A DNA stretch of 64,000 nt, taken from Candidatus Thiodiazotropha sp. (lineage in GTDB: Bacteria; Pseudomonadota; Gammaproteobacteria; Chromatiales; Chromatiaceae). Positions 57,174 through 64,000 of the stretch are shown one piece after another. Within the stretch, counting starts at the first letter, position 1. Each line of letters opens with the position of its first letter. The notes under the pieces were generated by a model. It had not been told where the DNA came from. It did no database searches and was given only the letters and a program-made list of their open reading frames with translations. The stretch is taken from positions 337,054 through 401,053 of the forward strand of contig JBEVVG010000001.1 in NCBI GenBank assembly GCA_040507225.1. The letters run 5' to 3'. Made by a program: the position numbers and the translations under genes.

Positions 57174-57708
57174 CTCGAGACTGTTCTTCGCGCTTTGGCC
57201 AAGTCCCCCGGTGCGCGATGAACTGACGCGTCTGATAGGGCGCTACTCCAGGCATCCGGGGCGTCCGCATCAAGCAGATGATCTGCATATGACACTGGTA
57301 TTCCTTGGATCGGTTGCCTCGTCCAGGCTGGCTTGCATCACCCAGGTGGCGGAGCGGATCCGCTCACCCGGATTCGATCTGAGCCTGCATCACCTGGGAT
57401 TCTGGACCCGTCCGAGAATCCTCTGGGCGGCACCGGAATCGACCCCCGAGCCCCTTGCGGCGCTGGTGCAGGGACTTCAGACGGGTCTGCAAGAGTGTGG
57501 TTTCAAGCCGGAGACCCGGAGCTATCGCCCGCATGTCACCCTGATGCGTAAGAGTTACCCGGTCGGCGCCGATCTGCTTGAACAGCCCATAGAATGGCCG
57601 GTGCAGGAGTTCGTACTGGCCGAATCGACCAACCCGCAGGCCGGTGGCCGGCGCTACCGGATCGTGCAGCGTTGGCATCTGGGCGAGGCGGCCGCGGATC
57701 CAGAGTAG
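57166..57708 (+). CDS. thpR: RNA 2',3'-cyclic phosphodiesterase (2H phosphoesterase, ThpR/LigT)
   Basis: 180 aa with two HxT motifs (HMTLVFLG, HVTLMRK). 8-nt overlap with pncC. Confidence 0.85.
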   Translation: MSDSRLFFALWPSPPVRDELTRLIGRYSRHPGRPHQADDLHMTLVFLGSVASSRLACITQVAERIRSPGFDLSLHHLGFWTRPRILWAAPESTPEPLAALVQGLQTGLQECGFKPETRSYRPHVTLMRKSYPVGADLLEQPIEWPVQEFVLAESTNPQAGGRRYRIVQRWHLGEAAADPE

Positions 57709-57776
57709 CTCTGCAATGCGTCCTGCTCGGTGCGTGAACTCCTCCGGTCCGGTTGCAAGCACAAAATTCTCACACC

Positions 57777-58655
57777 TCAGCCACTGTGGCTCAGCACATA
57801 GTCAACGAACGCCCGGTCCGCCCGGGACAGGTAGCCGTCTTTTTTCCACGCCAGGGAGAGTTCGAGAAACACCGGCTCGCTGAAGGGAACGGCCACCAGG
57901 TCCTGCTGTGTATCCTGTTCCAGCACCATCCGCAAAAAGGTGGTGATGGCAAAGCCCTGGCGCACGATCGCCTTGGTCAGGGGAATCAGGTTGGTCTCGA
58001 AGGCGATGATCGGATCCCGTTTCTGCTTCTGGCTGAAACGGTCGATGAACTCGCGTAGAAAGTAACCCTGCTTGAAAACCACCAGTTCCTGACTGAAAAA
58101 CGCTTCCATACTGACCTGGGACCTCTGCGCGAAGGGGTGATCGCGGGGCACGCAGGCGACCATCTCCTGGCGGGTCAGAAAACGGGTCTCCAAATCCTCT
58201 GGCGGGGCATCCGCCACCACCACGCCCAGGTCGAGTTCTCCCGCCCGGATCATCTCCTGAAGACGCCGGGTACCCTGTTCGTAGACGGAAAGCCGCAGCG
58301 CGGGATGGCGGTGCTTGAAACCCATGAGCAGGGGCGGGAAGTAGTAGGACCCGAGCATGCTCGGAATTCCGATACGCACCTCCCCCTTGGTCAACCCCTT
58401 GAGTTCCGACATCTCCAGTTCGGCCATGTTGGTGAGCGCCAGGATGCGTTGTGCATGCGCTAGCAGAACCTCTCCTTCGGCGGTTGCGGTGATGCGCCGG
58501 TCACCGCGCTGCAGCAGGGTCATGTCCAGGGAGGCCTCCAGCTTGCGGATGGCCACGCTGATCGCCGGCTGGGCCACGTGCAGAATCTGGGCGGCTGCGG
58601 TGAAGCCCCCCTGGTCGATGACAGTCTTGAAATATCGCAGTTGGCGTAGATCCAT
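57777..58655 (-). CDS. LysR-family transcriptional regulator
   Basis: 292 aa. MDLRQLRYFKTVIDQGGFTAAAQILHVAQPAISVAIRKLE is a LysR HTH motif. Confidence 0.9.
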   Translation of the reverse strand: MDLRQLRYFKTVIDQGGFTAAAQILHVAQPAISVAIRKLEASLDMTLLQRGDRRITATAEGEVLLAHAQRILALTNMAELEMSELKGLTKGEVRIGIPSMLGSYYFPPLLMGFKHRHPALRLSVYEQGTRRLQEMIRAGELDLGVVVADAPPEDLETRFLTRQEMVACVPRDHPFAQRSQVSMEAFFSQELVVFKQGYFLREFIDRFSQKQKRDPIIAFETNLIPLTKAIVRQGFAITTFLRMVLEQDTQQDLVAVPFSEPVFLELSLAWKKDGYLSRADRAFVDYVLSHSG

Positions 58656-58762
58656 AACTAATTAATATAAACATTATATAAACAATATATTTCAATTATA
58701 GATTTGCCGAGGCTAATCTCAATGCTTATCCACCCGAGGCAGCAACAGGAGTATCCACCAGC

Positions 58763-59977
58763 ATGATCCAGGCCCGCAGTCCCGATTTCTGGCGCGCGAC
58801 ACTTGCCCTGTGCATCGGCTCGATCATGGTGTTCAGCAATCTTTACATCACCCAGCCATTGCTGCCGCAGATCCGCGACTACTTTGCCGTCGACTCTCTG
58901 GCGGCAACCTGGAGCCTGTCGGTGACGACCCTGGCACTGGGCAGTTGCCTGTTGCTGTTCGGCCCGCTCTCGGATGCGATAGGACGGCGGGTGGTGATTC
59001 TCTGGTCGCTGGTGCTGCTGTGCCTGACCACCCTGCTTACCGCGTTTGCTACGGATTACGCCCTGCACCTGATGTTGCGCGCCCTGCAGGGTGTGTTCAT
59101 TGCCGGACTGCCTGCGGCGGCCCTGGCCTACCTGGGTGAGGAACTCGACCCAGAGGCCCTGTTGTTTGCCGTGGGGCTCTACATCGGCGCCAATTCCCTC
59201 GGTGGGGTGTCCGGGCGTCTGATCAGCGGTCTGGCGGCGGATGCCTGGGGATGGCAGAGCAGTTTCCTGGCGCTGGCCGGTTTCGATCTGGTCTGCCTGC
59301 TGGTGGTGTTCTGTCTGTTACCGCCGTCGCGCCGGTTTGTCGCCAAACCGCTGCGCATCGGCGCGGTCCTGAACAGCCTCGGCGGGCATCTCGGCAATCC
59401 TCTGATTCTGGTGGCCTGCCTGATCGGCGGACTCAACTTCTTCATCTTTGTGAATCAGTACAGTTACATCACCTTCCGCCTCTCCGCAGAGCCCTACGGG
59501 TTATCGAGTCATTGGCTGGGGATGCTGTTCCTGACCTACCTGACCGGGACACTCGCCGCCGGATTCTCCGGGCGGCTGGCAAAAAACCGCTCACAACCGG
59601 TGATGATGGGGGTGGGGATCCTGCTGTTCATGGTCGGAACCCTGTTTACCCTGAGTCATTCACTGACCCTGATCGTGGTTGGGCTGTTCATCAATGCCTG
59701 CGGATTCTTTTTCACCCACTCCCTGGCTTCGGGATGGGTCACCCGCCATGCGCTAAACGCCCGGGGCAGCGCCACCTCGCTCTACCTGGTGTTCTACTAT
59801 GCCGGCGCCACCCTGGGGGGATTCTATTTCGAACCTTTCTGGGACTGGAACGCCTGGTCGGGTGTGGTACTGGCCTCCTGGCTGGTGCTGAGCATCACCT
59901 TCAGCCTGAGTCTCTGGCTGGCTCTCCGTGAGCGGCGCATCCACGGCACCAGGCTGGCGACGGTCGAACCGCTGTAG
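58763..59977 (+). CDS. MFS transporter (YnfM-like), divergent from the LysR gene
   Basis: 404 aa with about 12 TM segments and the GPLSDAIGRR motif between TM2 and TM3. The YnfM-family resemblance is from memory. Confidence 0.85.
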   Translation: MIQARSPDFWRATLALCIGSIMVFSNLYITQPLLPQIRDYFAVDSLAATWSLSVTTLALGSCLLLFGPLSDAIGRRVVILWSLVLLCLTTLLTAFATDYALHLMLRALQGVFIAGLPAAALAYLGEELDPEALLFAVGLYIGANSLGGVSGRLISGLAADAWGWQSSFLALAGFDLVCLLVVFCLLPPSRRFVAKPLRIGAVLNSLGGHLGNPLILVACLIGGLNFFIFVNQYSYITFRLSAEPYGLSSHWLGMLFLTYLTGTLAAGFSGRLAKNRSQPVMMGVGILLFMVGTLFTLSHSLTLIVVGLFINACGFFFTHSLASGWVTRHALNARGSATSLYLVFYYAGATLGGFYFEPFWDWNAWSGVVLASWLVLSITFSLSLWLALRERRIHGTRLATVEPL

Positions 59978-60102
59978 TTGGGCAGGCCCGGCTGACAGAC
60001 GCGGGTGTGGTGGGGATGCGTGTGGAAAATCCCGCCCGGTATACCCCGGAGTTCTGCGCGGAATATCCCGCCTGATCAGGATAAAAATTCCTCTGCTGGC
60101 TC

Positions 60103-60131
60103 ATGACGTGAGCCTGTGGCTGTGTGATAAT
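60103..60131 (+). promoter_or_regulatory. Candidate sigma70 promoter for recA
   Basis: ATGACG, a 17-nt spacer, then GATAAT. About 70 nt upstream of the recA ATG. Confidence 0.3.
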
Positions 60132-60203
60132 TCCGTGCCACAAGCGGCCTGACCGCTTAACCGACCACGCATAGCAAAACAGAATTGATGAGGGTTCACC
60201 GAA

Positions 60204-61232
60204 ATGGATGAAAACCGTGCAAAGGCACTGAGCGCCGCTCTGGGGCAGATCGAAAAACAGTTCGGCAAGGGATCCGTCATGCGCATGGGGGACACCACGG
60301 CGATCAAGAACATCGAGGCGATCTCTACCGGATCCCTGACCCTGGACATTGCTCTGGGTATCGGCGGCCTGCCCCGCGGCCGGGTGGTCGAGATCTACGG
60401 TCCTGAATCCTCCGGTAAGACCACCCTGACCCTGCAGGTGATCGCCGAGACGCAGAAGATGGGCGGTACCGCGGCCTTCATCGACGCGGAACATGCCCTG
60501 GATCCGCAGTATGCGGAAAAGCTGGGCGTCAACGTGGACGAACTGCTGGTGTCTCAGCCGGATACCGGTGAACAGGCCCTGGAGATCACCGATATGCTGG
60601 TGCGCTCGGGCGCCGTGGACGTGGTGGTCATCGACTCGGTGGCGGCCCTGACCCCGAAGGCGGAAATCGAGGGAGACATGGGTGACTCCCACGTCGGACT
60701 GCAGGCGCGCCTGATGTCCCAGGCCCTGCGCAAACTCACCGCCAATATCAAGCGCACCAACTGCCTGGTCATCTTCATCAACCAGATCCGTATGAAGATC
60801 GGCGTGATGTTCGGCAGCCCGGAAACCACCACCGGCGGTAACGCACTCAAGTTCTACTCATCGGTACGCCTTGATATCCGCCGCATCGGTGCGATCAAGC
60901 GGGGTGACGAGGTGGTCGGCAGCGATACCCGGGTCAAGGTGGTCAAGAACAAGGTGGCGCCTCCATTCAAACAGGTGGAGTTCGAGATCCTCTACGGCGA
61001 GGGTATCTCCCACGAAGGCGAAATCATCGAACTGGGTGTCAAACAGAGCATCATCGACAAGTCCGGCGCCTGGTACAGCTACAACGGGGACCGCATCGGC
61101 CAGGGCAAGGAGAATGTGCGTAATTTTCTCAAGGAGAACCCGGATATCGCCGACGGTATCGAGGCGCGAATCCGCGCTGAACTGATGCCTTCCCTGGAGG
61201 CTGAAGAGGCCCTTGAAGAGGCGGAATCCTGA
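60204..61232 (+). CDS. recA: Recombinase RecA
   Basis: [30 protein letters not shown]..., Walker [10 protein letters not shown], and [28 protein letters not shown]. Confidence 0.97.
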   Translation: MDENRAKALSAALGQIEKQFGKGSVMRMGDTTAIKNIEAISTGSLTLDIALGIGGLPRGRVVEIYGPESSGKTTLTLQVIAETQKMGGTAAFIDAEHALDPQYAEKLGVNVDELLVSQPDTGEQALEITDMLVRSGAVDVVVIDSVAALTPKAEIEGDMGDSHVGLQARLMSQALRKLTANIKRTNCLVIFINQIRMKIGVMFGSPETTTGGNALKFYSSVRLDIRRIGAIKRGDEVVGSDTRVKVVKNKVAPPFKQVEFEILYGEGISHEGEIIELGVKQSIIDKSGAWYSYNGDRIGQGKENVRNFLKENPDIADGIEARIRAELMPSLEAEEALEEAES

Positions 61233-61678
61233 GCGGCGAGAAGGATGCCTCGGAGATCGAGGCCAGCGCGGTTCGCCTGCTTGCCGCACGGGAGCACTCC
61301 CGCAGGGAACTGCGTAACAAGCTGTTGCAGCGGGGATACGAACCTGACCCCATCGACCAGGTCCTGGATGATCTGCAGACCGCCTCCCTGCAAAGCGATG
61401 AGCGCTATGCCCAGCAGTTCGTCGAGAGCCGGGTGAACCGGGGGCAGGGGCCGGTGCGCATCCGCATCGAGTTGCGGGAGCGGGGCGTCGACGATGCCCT
61501 GATCAGGCAGGCCATGGCGCCCTTTGAGGACGAATGGCCGGAACTCCTCAACGGGGTACACGACGCCAAGTACGGACAACAGCGCAGCGGAGACTTCAAG
61601 GAGGCGGCCCGGCGGGCCCGTTTTCTCGAATCCCGGGGCTTTCCCGGCGATCTGGTTCGCCGCTTTCTGTTTGACTGA
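61229..61678 (+). CDS. recX: Recombination regulator RecX (start codon non-canonical or unresolved)
   Basis: The frame is open from 61217. The in-frame peptide ...[20 protein letters not shown] is the conserved RecX N-terminal helix and lies upstream of the first canonical start (TTG at 61325). A CTG at 61229 overlaps the recA TGA and has GAGG 8 nt upstream. Confidence 0.75.
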   Translation: MSGEKDASEIEASAVRLLAAREHSRRELRNKLLQRGYEPDPIDQVLDDLQTASLQSDERYAQQFVESRVNRGQGPVRIRIELRERGVDDALIRQAMAPFEDEWPELLNGVHDAKYGQQRSGDFKEAARRARFLESRGFPGDLVRRFLFD

Positions 61679-61736
61679 TGCCCCGATCCTGATATCTTTC
61701 ACCGTTTGTCCTGAACCGGGAATTAGCTTTCTGACG

Positions 61737-64000
<2,264 letters not shown>

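Overview
This is a high-GC gammaproteobacterial chromosomal segment. I call about 57 protein-coding genes. By eye I found no rRNA or tRNA genes, IS elements, prophage genes or CRISPR arrays. The gene content (anaerobe-type Rnf, PFOR, glyoxylate bypass, chemoreceptor) would fit a facultatively anaerobic or chemolithoautotrophic Chromatiales-like lineage, but that placement is inference only.

Gene layout:
- 1-10.5 kb: one minus-strand operon, rnfB, then a giant pyruvate:ferredoxin oxidoreductase (about 1645 aa), then rnfC-D-G-E-A. The PFOR has large internal insertions and a C-terminal tethered ferredoxin module.
- 11-17 kb: an outer-membrane barrel protein; two paralogous secreted low-complexity proteins divergent from an OmpR/EnvZ-like pair; a periplasmic DUF2202 ferritin-like protein; an SLT lipoprotein.
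- 17-36 kb: adk, an orphan priming sugar transferase, aceK divergent from aceB-aceA plus an RraA-like gene, a secreted hydrolase, ppnN, mdh, BolA plus a tandem SagB-type nitroreductase, an MCP.
- 36-45 kb: lepB-like gene, moxR-DUF58-transglutaminase operon, icd, usp, ycgN.
- 45.1-45.7 kb: an AT-rich non-coding gap with DnaA boxes.
- 45.7-64 kb: xerD-yajQ-dsbC-PP2C-FHA, dodecin, mutS, a PlcP/Agt-like lipid-remodelling pair facing dgkA, SixA-Nudix/pncC/thpR, a LysR+MFS pair, and recA-recX-alaS.

Most interesting observations:
- The PFOR gene embedded inside the Rnf operon, and its unusual architecture.
- The OmpR/EnvZ-linked secreted disordered-protein pair, with GTT(A/T)CA repeat operators shared with the DUF2202 promoter.
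- The DnaA-box/AT-rich gap.
- The putative Pho-box-controlled PlcP-Agt module.
- The SixA-Nudix fusion operon.
- recX, which lacks any canonical start codon.

All functional calls rest on my reading of the translated ORFs and remembered family motifs. No database search was run.
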